From Mustelus asterias (Eukaryota), in assembly GCF_964213995.1 (NCBI RefSeq), contig NW_027590140.1:992001-1056000 (forward strand): a DNA stretch of 64,000 bases. The letters run 5' to 3'. The translations under genes were made by a program, and so were the position numbers. Under the pieces are notes generated by a model that was not told the DNA's origin, made no database searches, and saw only the letters and a list, made by a program, of their open reading frames with translations. Of the stretch, positions 38,501-51,809 are shown one piece after another. Positions within the stretch are counted from its first letter, which is position 1, and each line of letters opens with the position of its first letter.

Positions 38501-40176
38501 GCAGAATATTCTGAGAATTGGGTTTTGCAAACCACCACGGCAGATGGTGAATTTTGAATTCATTACCTGGAATTAAAAGGCTAATGATGATCATGAAACA
38601 GTTGTTGATTGTGGTGAAAATCGTTCTGATAGATGTTCTTCAGAGAAGCAAATTTGCATTCCTTGCCTCGACCTCGATGTTACTCCAGAGCCATAACAAT
38701 GTGGTTGACCCTTAAATGCCCTCAGGAATGGGCACGCTCACATTCCGTGAATGAATATTTAAAAGAAACTCTGCCTTCTGCCCGAAAAGTTTATTATTTT
38801 TTAGATATCCCAACAGAGGCGCAGTGATCGTTTTTGTCAACGTGAAATTATAGGGAAAGAGCCGTTGGCAACACAGCCACCGGCAATCCCACCAACTGAA
38901 ATTTCCAGTTTAAACTTAGCAAAATGGTAATAGCAGGAACAGCGGAGCTCTGGCACCCTCCTGCGCCTTTCAATCAGCCCAGACAATGTACTGCACTACG
39001 GGGCAGGAAGAAAGCTCATCAAGTCATCTGCAGGTGACTGGATATGATATCTGGAAACATTCACTGTGCTCACTGAGGGACTGAGTTCACGCTCAGATAC
39101 TTTAAACTGGATGTTCACAGTTAAGGGAAGCAGACATAACAGAAATTTCCTTTGGAGATTGAAAGTTAGTTACAGAATGGTCACTGTTGACAAATGGATA
39201 TGAAGTCGAGATGTTGACCTGATCGCGTTTGCAGGAAAAATCTAATTCCTGGATGATTACAGCTTCGAATTTCCATTTTTTAATTAATGCGTTCAGAACT
39301 GCCAGGCCCTTGGGGTTTTTCATTTCAAACTCAGAACTAAATATATCCTATTTCAATAGGGAATTAATTCCCTGTCTTAATTTGTTTGTTCAGTGTTGCA
39401 AAACCCACATGCCCACTGAGATCGCAGCGGCCATAAAAATATGCGGTTGTGATCCCTCGAATTTTATTTCAAAGAGATTGCCTTAAAGACGGAGAGGCAG
39501 AACTTTCCCCATTGAAAATGATGGAAGCTTTTTCCAGGATCAAGAAAGGGTACTACACGTTCCTTGCATCGTTGGTATTCCTGGTAAGTAACAATAACCA
39601 CTGCAGCTATCCAAACCAGGGGTGATCTCTTATACGGACGCCTGATTACTCATAGCAGACAGTTCAGTCAAAAGTCAGGAATTATCCATTTGATGTAATG
39701 CCAGTCCATCTATTTCCAAGGCTCGCTGAATCAGCAATGTTTTGCTTCTAGAGGAACATGGTATGCCGCCGTTCAAGCAGACAGCAGTGCAGTTGCCTGT
39801 CTCATCCAAGGTATTAGTGGGGGTGTCTGCAATTAAAGAAGTTTAACGAGTCTGGGTCATTAAGCAGAGAGGAAAGCCTGACAAAAGTTGGAAGTATTAC
39901 TAAATGTTTATACTGACTGAATTTGAGTCACTAACTGAAGTTAGACAATTTGCTACAGAGGACATGTCTTAATGGAAGTTTCTGTCGTTGTAGTACGTAC
40001 CTAGTTTCGGGCACTGGCGGAAGAAAAGCACATGGCACCAGTGTCAATATATTCCGACATGTGCCTGTCAGAGCAGAATTCCACTAAACTGGGCGGCTAA
40101 CAGTTTGGAATAAGTCACTCGGAAATTATGTATTACATGGAACATGTGGCACGAAGTGTCTGTCTTTTTCCGGCTG

Positions 40177-41518
40177 GATGCCTGTGACTAGTGGTTTTCC
40201 GCAGGGCTCTGTATTGGGACCTCTGCTGTTTGTGATTGATATAAACGATCTGGAAGAAGGTGTAACTGGGGTGATCAGTAAGTTTGTGGACGACACGAAA
40301 ATGGCTGGACTTGCAGATAGTGAGGAACATTGTCAGAGGCTACAGGAGGATATAGATAGGCTGGAAATTTGGGCAAAGAAATGGCAGATGGAGTTCAATC
40401 CAGATAAATGCGAAGTGATGCATTTTGGTAGAACTAACGTAGTGGGCGAAGTGGGGAGCTATACGATGAATGGCAGAACCATAAAGGGTGTAGATACGCA
40501 GAGGGACCTGGGTGTGCAAGTCCACAGATCCTTGAAGGTGACGTCAGAGGCGGAGAAGGTAGTGAATAAGGCATATGGCTTGCTTGCCTTTATAGGACGG
40601 GGCATAGAGTATAAAAGGGGCGGCACGGTAGCACAGTGGTTAGCACTGCTGCTTCACAGCTCCAGAGACCTGGGTTCGAATCCCGGCTTGGGTCGCTGTC
40701 TGTGTGAAGTTTGCACATTCTCCCCGTGTCTGCGTGGGTTTCCTCCGGGTGCTCCGGTTTCCTCCCACAGTCCAAAGATGTGCGGGCTAGGTTGATTGGC
40801 AATTCTAAATTGCCCCTTAGTGTCCCGGGGTGCATAGGTTAGAGGGGTTAGTGGGTAAATATGTAGGGATATGTAGATAGGGCCTGGGTGGGATTGTGGT
40901 TGGTGCAGACTCGATGGGCCGAATGGCCTCTTTCTGCACTGTAGGATTCTATGAAAAGTTGGGGTCTGATTTTGCAGTTGTGTAGAACGTTGCTTCGGCC
41001 GCATTTGGAATACTGCGCCCAGTTCTGGTCGCCACACTACCAGAAGGACGTGGAGGCTTTAGAGAGAGTACAAAGGAGGTTTAACAGGATGTTGCCTGGT
41101 ATGGAAGGGCTTAGTTATGAGGAGAGATTGAGTAAACTGGAGTTGTTTTCACTGGAAAGACGGAGGAAGAGGGGTGACCTAATAGAAGTGTATAAAATTA
41201 TGAAAGGCATAGATAGGGTGAATGGTGGGAAGCTTTTTCCCAGGTCGGTGGTAACATTCACGAGGGGTCATAGGTTCAAGGTGAGGGCGGGGGAGGTTTA
41301 ACACGGATATTACACAGAGGGTGGTGGGGGCCTGGAATGCGCTGCCGGGCAAGGTGGTGGAGGCGGACACACTGGGAACGTTTAAGACTTATCTCGATAG
41401 CCACATGAATGGAGTGCGAATGGAGGGATACAAAAGAATGGTCTAGTTTGGACCAGGGAGCGGCGCGGGTTTGGAGGGCCGAAGGGCCTGTTCCTGTGCT
41501 GTATTGTTCTTTGTTCTA
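40177..41518 (+). mobile_element. CR1 LINE 3' portion interrupted by a SINE
   Basis: [18 protein letters not shown] and C-terminal motifs; same subfamily as 19895-20522. Confidence 0.92.
40618..40953 (+). mobile_element. HE1-type SINE nested in CR1
   Basis: Full A and B boxes; AAAAG on both sides (short target-site duplication). Confidence 0.92.
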
Positions 41519-42115
41519 TTTAGCAGAGTGGAAGACGTGATCCGATTGCCCGGTATTACTTGGGGTATCCATCCGTTCATGCAGCATTTTACTGACTGTG
41601 AGTCGCCAAACTAGTTAGAACAGCTGGAACAGACACCTGATAATGCCAGAGTGTACATGAGATTATCGCTCATCTTTTCTAACAGTGACTCTCCATCTGG
41701 AATTGGAGCTTAACAATTGATCCCAGTGGCCACAGAATACTGGGCTCGTCTTTCAATTTTAATTCTGCTGAACATCGGCTTCAAAGGGGGTGGAAAAGCC
41801 GGTCGTACTTTGCAATCATTATATTAACTGGCTACTATCTTAACTGCATAGGGCTGTTTTCATGCTTCCCTGAAGATATTTGATTGCAAAGATGAAGATA
41901 TTTTGCTGCTGGTTGATATTTGGTCATAAGTCTAACGAGTGAAATGCAATGTTATTGCCCCGAACTGCCGCATCCGAAATTCAAGATCGTTGTTTACTGA
42001 AAGGTAATTGGGAGAGCGGTATTCAAATTCAGTGAATAATGACATTGCTTGCAGTAGATATTGATATGCAATAGATATTGATACTCCCCGTATATCTTCT
42101 GGCGCTGAGTGATCT

Positions 42116-42195
42116 CCCCCCCCCCCCCACCTCCCCCCCCCCCCCCACCTCCCCCCCCCCACCTCCCCCCCCCCCCCCCCCCCCCCCCCCACCAC
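42116..42195. repeat. Poly-C low-complexity tract
   Basis: About 80 bp of almost pure C. Confidence 0.9.
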
Positions 42196-42234
42196 CTACC
42201 CTAACACAGTCCTGAGAACCTGTGTTATTTATTG

Positions 42235-43035
42235 TTCATTTGTGGGACATGGGCATCGCTGGCTGGCCAGCATTTATTGCCCATCACTAGTTGCCCTTCA
42301 GAAGATGGTGATGAGCTGTCTTCTTGAAACGCTGCAGTCCGTGCTCTGTGGGTTGATCCACAATGTCGTTAGGGAAGGAGTTCCAGGATTTTGAGCCAGC
42401 GACTGCGAAAGAACGGTGACATATTTCCAAGTCAGGATGGTGAGTGGGTTGGAGGAGAATTTGTAGGTGATGGTGTTCCCATGAATTCTCTGTCCTTGCC
42501 CTTCCAGAAGGAAGTGGTCGTGTGTGCTGTCTAAGGATGTTCGGTGAATTGCTTCAGTGCATCTTGTAGAGAGTACACACTGCTACCAGTGAGCGTCGGT
42601 GGTGGAGGGAGTAGAGTTTTGTGGATGTGGTGCCTACCAACTGGGTTGTTTTGTCCTGGATGGTGTCAAGCTTCTTGAATGTTGTTGGAGTTGCACACAT
42701 CCCGACATGTGGGGAGTATTCCATCACACCCCTGACTTGTGCATGGTAGATGGTGGACAGGCTTTGGGGAGTCAGGAGGTGGGTTACTCTCTACAATATT
42801 CCTCGACTCTGACTTGCTCTTGTAGCCACTGTGTTTATGTGGCAAATACAATTGAATTTCTGGTCAATGACAACCCTAAGGATGTTGATACTGAGGGATT
42901 CAATGATGGAAACACTATTGAATGTCAAGGGGCGACTGTTGGAGTATCTCCTTTGGTGATAACCATTGCCTGGCATTTCTATGGCACGAATGTTACTTGC
43001 CACTTGTCAGTCCAAGCTGGATATTGTCCAGATCT
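42235..43035 (-). mobile_element. CR1/L2-clade LINE 3' fragment
   Basis: Antisense homolog of 27500-28295. Confidence 0.7.
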
Positions 43036-44664
43036 CTCATTACTTTTTTTTTTGTTTATTATTATCTTGCTCTTACACACGGTGAATTTTACAGTTATTT
43101 TATTCCACTGTTTAACTGGTTACGTTATCAAACACCGGGCTACATAGAACTCGGTGTCTACATCAGCATTATTGAACTTAGATATAGAGCTGCAAAGAAT
43201 TATCTACGCAACTGAGGGATATCCATTTCCAGTTCTCCTAATGCAGAGATCTGTTCAGCGACAGTAAATGAAAATATTGGTACATAGTGGGTACTTCAAG
43301 CACTTAAGAAATTTAATAAATCAACAAAGTTAACTCCTATATGGAACTCTTTTATCCAAGAGGTCTGTGGAAGCTTAATGCGTGAACATGTTAAAAACAG
43401 AATTCAATTTACCTCTGGATATTAATTATGTAAGGTAAATGGGGATAATTGTATCGTGAGTACAGGATCTACTGTGATCTATTTGAATGGTCGAGTAACC
43501 TTGCCGAGCTGAATGGCGTACTCCTGCCCTTATTTACCATGTTTCAAAGATATCTGCAATATTATGAAAGGGCAAATCATTCTGATATATCACCAAACAT
43601 GTTACATTGAATTTCAAAAATAATACAGGACAGTTGGTTTATGCTTATTGTCTTGCTTCGCAGGAGTCCCTCTTCACCCACGACTGTCTAGGTTTAAGCT
43701 TCTGCGTTTTTCTTTTCTGCTTAATTACCTTATATATCTTGTCATTCAATGTTCGCGACATCCACATTCTCACCACTCTGCAGTTAAGGTGTCTCCGTAA
43801 TCCCTTCGGAAATTGCTGGAAAATCTCTGCAGGTCTGACAGTATCTGTGGAGAGAGAATGCAGCCAACGCGAGATTTATGTTTTTTACCTGCCAGAGTTA
43901 ACAATGAGATTAAATTATGTTTCACATCATGGCCATCGCTCAGATATCGCAGAACACATATGCTTCTACTGGAAGATGAGTGCACGAGAGAGACTGCAAG
44001 TGTGGGAGTAGGATTGGTATTTTTGCTGGGGATCTCCGATCGATGCACCGTCTATACTCTGATCGTTACGCCATGTATATCTGTGTCACATTTCTGACAA
44101 CTCCTTTCGAACTTTCCGTCTGGCACTCTGTTTTTTTGTAGAAGAATTGGCCCTCCTTGCGACCCATCTCTCCTTTCTTTAATTCTCTCTTTCACCTTGT
44201 ATCACTTTCATTATTAATTGATTCCTGACTTCCAAACCATCGCATCATCTTCGTCCATTTTCTTTCCTCCCGCTATAGCCAGGTCTCCTATTCCACTCAC
44301 ATTGTTTCCCTCCTCAGTTCACTAGCGAAAGGTAGGTCTGAACCACAACGCCAACCTCTTAACCACGGGCAGGTCAAGGAGGCACGTCCCGAATTCATCC
44401 CAGATTGAATGACGATCGAACCCTATGCTGCAGACACCAATCTGATCCACACTGGCCAAGTACAGAAATCAGCTCCTCAACGAGCCTGCAGTACTGTAAT
44501 AATATACACTTTCACATGCATTTTGAGACTGAATTGATGGAATGGAGAAGATTGGTGTCCCTTTCCTTTTACATCACATGGCTGACCAGGATTCATTGTT
44601 AAACTTACCGCCTGCCATTTTCATAGTTTGGAAGGATTTGGTCAGTGTGTTTGGCTGTTCGATT

Positions 44665-45915
44665 AACCCAACTCCTTGATTGAATTTTTTGAAGCAGTAA
44701 CCAAGAAGGTAGATGAGGGAAATGCAGTTGATGTGGTCTACATGGACTTTAGCAAGGTCTTTGACAAGGCATCAGATAGTAGGTTGTTGCATAAGGTTAA
44801 ATCTCACGGGATCCAGGGTGAGCTAGCCAAATGGATACAAAATTCACTTGATGACAGAAGACAGAGGGTAGTTGTGGAGGGTTGTTTTTCAAACTGGAGG
44901 CCTGTGACCAGCGGTGTGCCTCAGGGATCGGTGCTGGGTCCACTGTTATTTGTCATTTATATTAATGATTTGGATGAGAATTTAGTCGGCATGGTTAGTA
45001 AGTTTGCAGATGACACCAAGATTAGTGGCATAGCGGACATTGAAGAAAGTATCTAGGATTGCAACTGGACCTTGATCAATTGGGGCAGTGGACTGACGAA
45101 TGGCAGACGGAGTTTAATTTGGACTAATGCGAGATTATGTATTTTGGTAGATCGAACCAGGGCAGGACTTGCCCAGTTAATGGTAGGGCGTTGGGGAGTG
45201 TTACAGAACAAAGGGATCGATAGGTACAGGTTCATATCTCCTTGAAAGTGGAGTCACGGGTGGACAGAATGGGGAAGAAAGCATTCGGTATGCTTGGTTT
45301 CATTGGTCAGAACGTTGAATACAGGAGCTGGGACATCTTGTTGATGTTGTACAAGGCATTGGTAAGGCCACACTTGGAATATTGTGCACAGCCTGGTCAC
45401 CCTCTTGTACAAAGGATATTAATAAAATAGAAAGAGTGCAGAAGAGATTTACTCGGGTCCTACCAGGACTTGATGATTTGAGTTATAAGGAGAGGCTGGA
45501 TAGACTGGGACATTTTTTCTCTGGAGCGGAGGAGCCTTCGGGCTGATCTGATAGAGATCCATAAAACAATGAGGGGCATGGATCATCTAGATAGTCAATA
45601 TCTTTCCCCAAGGGTAGGGGAGCCTGAAACTAGAGGGCTTAGGTTTAAGGTGAGAGGGGAAAGAACAAAAGGGTCCAGAGGGGCATTTTGTCACACAGAG
45701 GGTGGTGAGCATCTGGAACAAGCTGCCAGAGTTAGTCGTAGAGGAGCGTACAATTGTATCTTTTAAAAAGCGTTCAGAGAGTTACATGGGTAAGATGGCT
45801 ATAGAGGGATATGGGCCAAAAATGGGCAATTGGGATTAGCTTAGGGGTTTAAAAAGGGGCGGCATGGACAAGTTGGGCAGTTATTTCCGTGCTGTAAACC
45901 TCTCTGACTCTATGA
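44665..45915 (+). mobile_element. CR1 LINE 3' portion
   Basis: [23 protein letters not shown]; broken frame. Confidence 0.92.
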
Positions 45916-48869
45916 CCATTCGGACTTGGCTTCAATTTTGAAGCCTGAAGCCCAGCTTTTGTGGAAAGGGCTCGAACACTGCACCACAAAACTTCCCAAT
46001 CTTTGCTTTAAGCTCGCTCATTTATCATATCTTCCATTTATGATGAACGATTATCTAGGTAAGACGTTAACATTCTTTCCCTGTTCACAGATGCTGCCTG
46101 GCCTGTGTACAGATTTCAGTATTGTCTTCTTTTTTGGTATAATTGTCCTAATTTCTCAACTTCGTCCCAGGATTGATACAGGGATTTATTTCACTAGAGG
46201 TAGCTTGTGGAGGGGCTGGGAGGGAGGCGGTGGATGAAGATTTTTCAGAGTTTCAGGCGCCACAATCTCAACACAAGCTGTGCAGTTGCAATCCACCTGT
46301 GCCATGTTTGTCCTTCCAGGTCCACTGCACATAAGGTCACCGAACTGGGAGAAGAGCAAAATACTGTGGATGCTGGAATCTGAACCCAAAACAGAAAATT
46401 CAGGAAAATTCCAGCAGGTCGAGCAGCGTCTGTGAAGTGGGAACGGAGCCAACGTTTCGGGTCTGGATGACTTTCGTCAGCAGTCAATTCTTTCTCCACA
46501 GATGCAGTCGGAGATTTTCCAGCAGTTTCTTTTATGTGTTGAACTGAGAGGTTAGACTTCAGTGAAGTGATTAAGTGATTCACCGAAACAGGCTGCAGTA
46601 CCAAGGAGGTCTAATCCAGCACATATTGAGTTTGCTCAGAATGGACGCAGAATTGCCGTCCAGTCTCCCAATGCGGGTAAATGTGTCTGAGGAAAATGCA
46701 GAGTTAATAGTTTTGGGAGGCAATGGAAATATTGTTGATGCTAGCTAATAAGTTGTTCAGTAAAAGCAATTGTTTATTTGGAAATCATCTGCCCTCCCGT
46801 CGCTTTGTCATCTAGGATTCCTGAGGCTTGGTAATTCTGGTATGCCAAGAGAAAAGAAGTTAGCAAGATTCAACCAGAGGCTACCGGTGTGATTAAAACA
46901 TTAACCAAGCTGAGATACCTCCTGTAGTTTCTGCTGCGTTGTGAATATCCCGGATATGATGAACGTGGAAGTGAACAATTTGCAAGCAAAGAGTGGTCAT
47001 GTTAAGTGTTCTTCAAAGAGTGAAAAGAAAAGAAAGTAAAGTTTATTTAATCGTCACAAGTAAAGCTTACATTAACACAGCGATGAAGTTACTGTGAAAT
47101 TCCCCTAGTCGCCACACTTAGGCGCCTGTTCTGGCTAAAGTACCTAACCAGCACATCTTTCAGATACTGACACATCCATTGTTCCTGCTGTAATATAGCC
47201 CTGGCTGGCTGCGTTTTGGGCGGGAGATATTGGGTAAATAATTTTAACACATTTCTCTTCTTTCTTACAGCTAATTTCGTGGCCATTCTGATCCTGTCCA
47301 GAGGGAAGTGCGGACTCTCCAAATGCACCTCTCGTTACCTGTTGGCCATGGCAGTCGCAGATCTATTGGTTATTATCACTGATGTCATATTATTAGAAAT
47401 CAGTTCTGATTATTTCGAAAGGTCTTTCCTGCACATCACCCAGATTTGCAGCACTATCCACGTCCTGACTAATGCAGCCACAGACTGCTCCGTCTGGTTC
47501 ACCATCACTTTTTCCTTTGATCGTTTTGTCGCAATTTGCTGTCAGAAGCTGAAACAAAAATATTGCTCTGAGAAAACTGCAGCTGTGGTTCTAGCATCCA
47601 CCTCCATCATGCTATGTTTAAAAAATGTTCCCTTCTGCTTTACATTTGAACCTGGGGAGGTAATAGACAATGAATCGTGGTTCTGCAATGATGCTCCAAG
47701 CTATTATACCGAGCCTGGATGGGTTGGATTGGACTGGCTTGATAAAATGTTAACACCATTGCTTCCATTCCCTTTAATTCTATTGCTTAACGCTCTGACA
47801 GTCAGGTACGTTTTAGTGGCCAGTCAACTCCGCAAAGGATTGAGGGGTCAGAGGAAAGGGGAGAATCAAACTGACCTGGAAATTCAAAGCAGAAGGAAGT
47901 CGATGATTTTACTCTTCACCGTATCTGGTACATTCATCCTTCTGTGGTTAATATATTTCATAGATTTTCTATATTACACCTTTTTGGGAATAGATCCCAA
48001 TAATTCTAACGAATCCTTATATATCTTTGGAGAATTTGGGTTCATGCTGCGGACATGAAGTTGCTGCGCAAACACATTTATATATGGGGTGACTCAGTCC
48101 AAGTTCAGAGAACAGTTCAAGAGAACATTGAAATACCCGGTCACATTTGTTATTCGATTGACTAATAAACAAAACAACTGACAGCAGCCAATTTGTGGGT
48201 GTCAATCTGCTTCATTCATAGACTATATATTTATTTTACGACATTCAACAACAGAATGCCAGGAATTGCTGGTGATGAAAAGCTTTCTGAGATAAAAGAT
48301 CAGAAACTCGGATTAGGACAACAGTGGATGTAAGAGATGGCAATTAAATTCCCCTTCGGCAATATGCAGAAACGAGTTGAAACTTGGCTCTGCAAAGCAA
48401 AGCAAAGGGACCAGGAGGGAGAAAGGTCATGATAATCATCAAAGACCTTGCTGAAAAAGAACAGGACCAATCACTTCTCTTGCTGGAAGCAAAAAGCGTG
48501 TCTTCAAAAAGTGCATAACCAAGGCAAACATGGCAGAATGGCTTGAAGGTTATGCAGATCTGATGAAGATCAACTCCACAATTCCACCGGAAACCACCTG
48601 ACTTCAACGACTACAATAGTCCATCATCTACGCCTCATGGACGAAGAAATCACTTGAACATTTATTCTTCTTACTTTAATTTGGACTTTACGATTACTGA
48701 TTCGTGTGTGTTAACCCACGGAAACAGACTGGGTACTCAGACAAGCACTCAGATCCTGCATTGGACCACCAGGAGGGCGAATTTGCAGGCGTCTTTAACA
48801 TCTCGTTATACTGACCTGAGGTTCTTACCTGTTTCAAGAACACGGACATAAAATAAGAATTTGGCAGCG

Positions 48870-50200
48870 TACCTTAATGGCTATCGCCCGGTGGCTCTAA
48901 CATCCATCAGTATGAAATGCTTCAGAAGGTGACTCGTGTCAGACATCAATTCCAGTCTCGCAGAGTGCCTGGATCCATGACAGTTCGCCTATCTCTGGAA
49001 CAGGTCCACAGCAGAATCCATCTCCCTGGCCCTGCACGTAACCCTGGAACAACTGGACAACAAGGATATTTACGTCAGACTCCTACTTATTGACTACAGC
49101 CCAGGCTTCAACACTATTTTCCCTACAAAAGCTTATCTCCAAAATCTGTGGCCTGGAGCTCGGCTCCCCTCTCTCTACTTTTGGTGGCACAGTTATCAGC
49201 ATTTCTGCCTCACAGCGCCAGAGACCCAAGTGCAATTCCAGCCTTGGTCAACTGTCTGTGTGGAGTTTGTACGTTCTCCCCGTGTTGACATGGGTTTCCC
49301 CCAGGTGCACCGGTTTCCTCCGACAGTCCAAAGATGTGCGAGTAGGTTAATTGGCTATTCTTAATTGTCCCTTAGTGTCAGGAGGGCTAGCAGGGTAAAT
49401 ACGTAGGGTTACGGGGATAGGTCCTGGGTGAGATTGTTGTTAGTGCAGGCTCGATGGGCGGAATGGCCTCTTTCTGCACTCCAGCGATTCTATGATTCTA
49501 TGACTGGATCCTAGGCTTCCTAATCCACAGAACACAATTAAAAAAGATAGATAATGACACCTCCTCCAGAATTATATTTAACGCCAGTGTCCCGAAAGGC
49601 TGTGTCCTCAGCCCCTTACGAAATTGCTGATACACTAACGACTGTGCGGCTAAATTCCGCTCCAGCCCCGTTTTGATGTTTTCTGATGACAGCACCGTAG
49701 TCGGGCGAATTTCCAACAATGATGAGAGGGAGTATAGGAGAGAGATAGAGAATCTGATGAACTTGTGCTCCGACAATAATATCTCCCACAATGTCAGTAA
49801 AACGAAGGAGATAGTCATTGACTTCAGGAAACGTAGTGGGGGGGCATGCCGCTGCTTCAGGTTTCTGGGTGTCCAGATCATCAACAACCTTCCCTGGCCC
49901 TTCCATGCTGACACTCTGGCCAGGAAATCACATTAACGCCTCCGTTCTCAGGAGGCTAAGGAAATTTGCCATACCCGCTACGAATCTCACCAATTTTTAC
50001 CGATGCACCATAGAAGCATCCTCTTCGGATGTATCAAAGCTTAGAATGGCTCCTGCTGTGCCCAAGACCGCAAAAAACAACAAGGGGTTGTGAACGAAGC
50101 CCAGCCCATCACTCAAACCAGCCTCCCATCCATTGACACTGTCTACACTTTGCGCTGCCTCCGCAAAGCAGCCAGCAAATCCCGCTGCCTCGGAAAAGCA
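48870..50200 (+). mobile_element. Rex1/Babar-type LINE RT fragment with nested SINE (about 49180-49503)
   Basis: [49 protein letters not shown] motifs. Confidence 0.8.
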
Positions 50201-50339
50201 ACGGTTATCCATTGTGCCACTAACCCACATGAAGCAGCCACCGCCCTGCTTCTGATTCGAACTTTATTCCACAACCTCAGCTGGGTATTCAGGTCAGCTT
50301 CGGAAGAGATGCTGCTGATAAGCTGTTAATTCCCATAAA

Positions 50340-51032
50340 GTGGAGATGCCGGCGTTGGACTGGGGTGAGCACATTAAGAAGTCTCACAACACCAGGTTAA
50401 AGTCCAACAGGTTTATTTGGTAGCACAAGGCACAAGCTTTCGGAACGCTGCTCCATCATCAGGTGAGTGTTCACAAGCAGGGCATGTAAAGACACAAACT
50501 CAATTTACAACATAATGACAAATACCAGGCAGGAGTATTCTCTTCCTGTTGGGGAACACTTCAGCAGTCATGGGCGTTCAGCCTCTGATCTTCGGGTAAG
50601 CCTTTTCCAAGGATGCCTTCACAAAACACGACAATGCAGGATCGCTGAGCAGAAACTAATAGCCAAGTTCCGCACACATGAGGACGGCCTCAACCGGGAT
50701 CTTGGGTTCATGTCACACTATCTGTAACCCCGACGACTTGCCTGGGCTTGCAAAATCTCACTAACTGTCCTGGCTGGAGACAATACACATCTCTTTAACC
50801 TGTGCTTAACCCTCTCTCCACTCACATTGTATGTACCTTTAAGACGTGATTACCTGTAAAGACTCACATTCCAAATATTATCTTGTAAATTGAGTCTGTG
50901 TCTTTATATGCCCTGTTTGTGAACACAACTCCCACTCACCTGATGAAGGAGCAGCGCTCCGAAAGCTTGTGGCTTGTGCTACCAAATGAACCTGTTGGAC
51001 TTGAACGTGGTGTTGTGAGACTTCTTACTGTG
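50340..51032 (+). mobile_element. Penelope-like element fragment (GIY-YIG C-terminus) flanked by inverted pLTR segments
   Basis: LPVGEHFSSHG..AEQKLIAKFRTHEDGLNRD; 50372-50468 is inverted relative to 50933-51032. Confidence 0.8.
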
Positions 51033-51107
51033 CAATCCCATGAACCCAGGGCTGGCTATTCAGATGAGCTCCGGGAGAGATGTTTCTGATCATCAGCCAC
51101 GACCCAC

Positions 51108-51610
51108 TGACGTCATTCGGACTTCACAGTGACGTCACATGGCCGACAGTGTGACGTTACATATGCTCGCTTTCTGACGTCACAATACTCGATGCTCTGA
51201 CGTTGGGCGGCATGTTGGCACAGTGGTTAGCACTGCTCCCTCACAGGCAGGGACCCGGGTTCAATTCCAGCCTTGGGTCACTCTCTGCGTGGAGTTTACA
51301 CATTCTCCCTGTGCCTGCATGGGTTCCCTCCGGTGTTCCGGTTTCCTCCCACACTCCAAGGATGTGCAGGTTAGGTTGATTGGCCATGGTGAATTGGCCC
51401 CTAGTGTCAGGGTGATTAGCGGCGTAAATATGTGTAGTTAAGGGGAGGGGGCGTGAGTGGTACTGTGGTCGGTGCACGTTCAATGGCCGAATGGTGTCCT
51501 TCTGCACTGTCGGGATTCTATGATTCTGTGACGTTCAATGCCGGATGCTCTGACGTCAGAATGCCGGATGTTCTGACGTCACACTACCGGATGTTCTGTC
51601 GCATGCGCAC
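51108..51610 (+). promoter_or_regulatory. 22-23-bp minisatellite of CRE motifs upstream of a TCR V leader
   Basis: TGACGTCA or TGACGTT at 51108, 51130, 51152, 51175, 51198, [SINE], 51529, 51551 and 51574; ends in NRF1-like CGCATGCGCA. Confidence 0.75.
51205..51528 (+). mobile_element. HE1-type SINE with 7-bp TSD TGACGTT
   Basis: TGACGTT at 51198-51204 and 51529-51535 flanks the SINE. Confidence 0.9.
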
Positions 51611-51809
51611 TCTCCTCCCCCACACTATCAATGCTGAAGCTCCCTCACGGCTTCACTTTGTGATCACAAGTCCCAGCGACCCGGCTCACACAGCCATTGT
51701 GTGACTGGTTTGGTGCTCGGTTTGATATCCAATAGCATTCCTTTTCCAGGAGCTTCTCTCAGCCTGGAATTTGCTGACAGGTGTATCACATAAGTCGATA
51801 GGATCCAAC

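Larger units (their letters stand above)
39518..48181 (+). pseudogene. GPR139/GPR142-like class A GPCR pseudogene, two exons (39518-39583 and 47271-48181)
   Basis: Exon 1 MMEAFSRIKKGYYTFL(A)IVGIP|GTAAGT has a 1-bp deletion; exon 2 follows TTACAG: ANFVAILILSRGKCGLS..ADLLV..FDRFVAIC..; TGA at 48056-48058 in TM7, then SCCANTFIYGVTQSKFREQ..*. Confidence 0.85.

Noticed and set aside
39030-39075. Minus-strand CACAGTG heptamer
   Set aside because: No nonamer at 12 or 23 bp and no V, D or J coding sequence next to it
48056-48058. In-frame TGA as selenocysteine or readthrough
   Set aside because: No SECIS recognised, and exon 1 is independently frameshifted; a nonsense mutation is simpler
48329-48870. 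Possible solo LTR followed by TGGCAGCG (Leu PBS-like)
   Set aside because: Only an 8-nt match, with no clear CA terminus, second copy or TSD
51108-51610. CRISPR-like repeat/spacer array
   Set aside because: Period of only 22-23 bp, spacers related to each other, vertebrate context and no cas genes; it is a minisatellite
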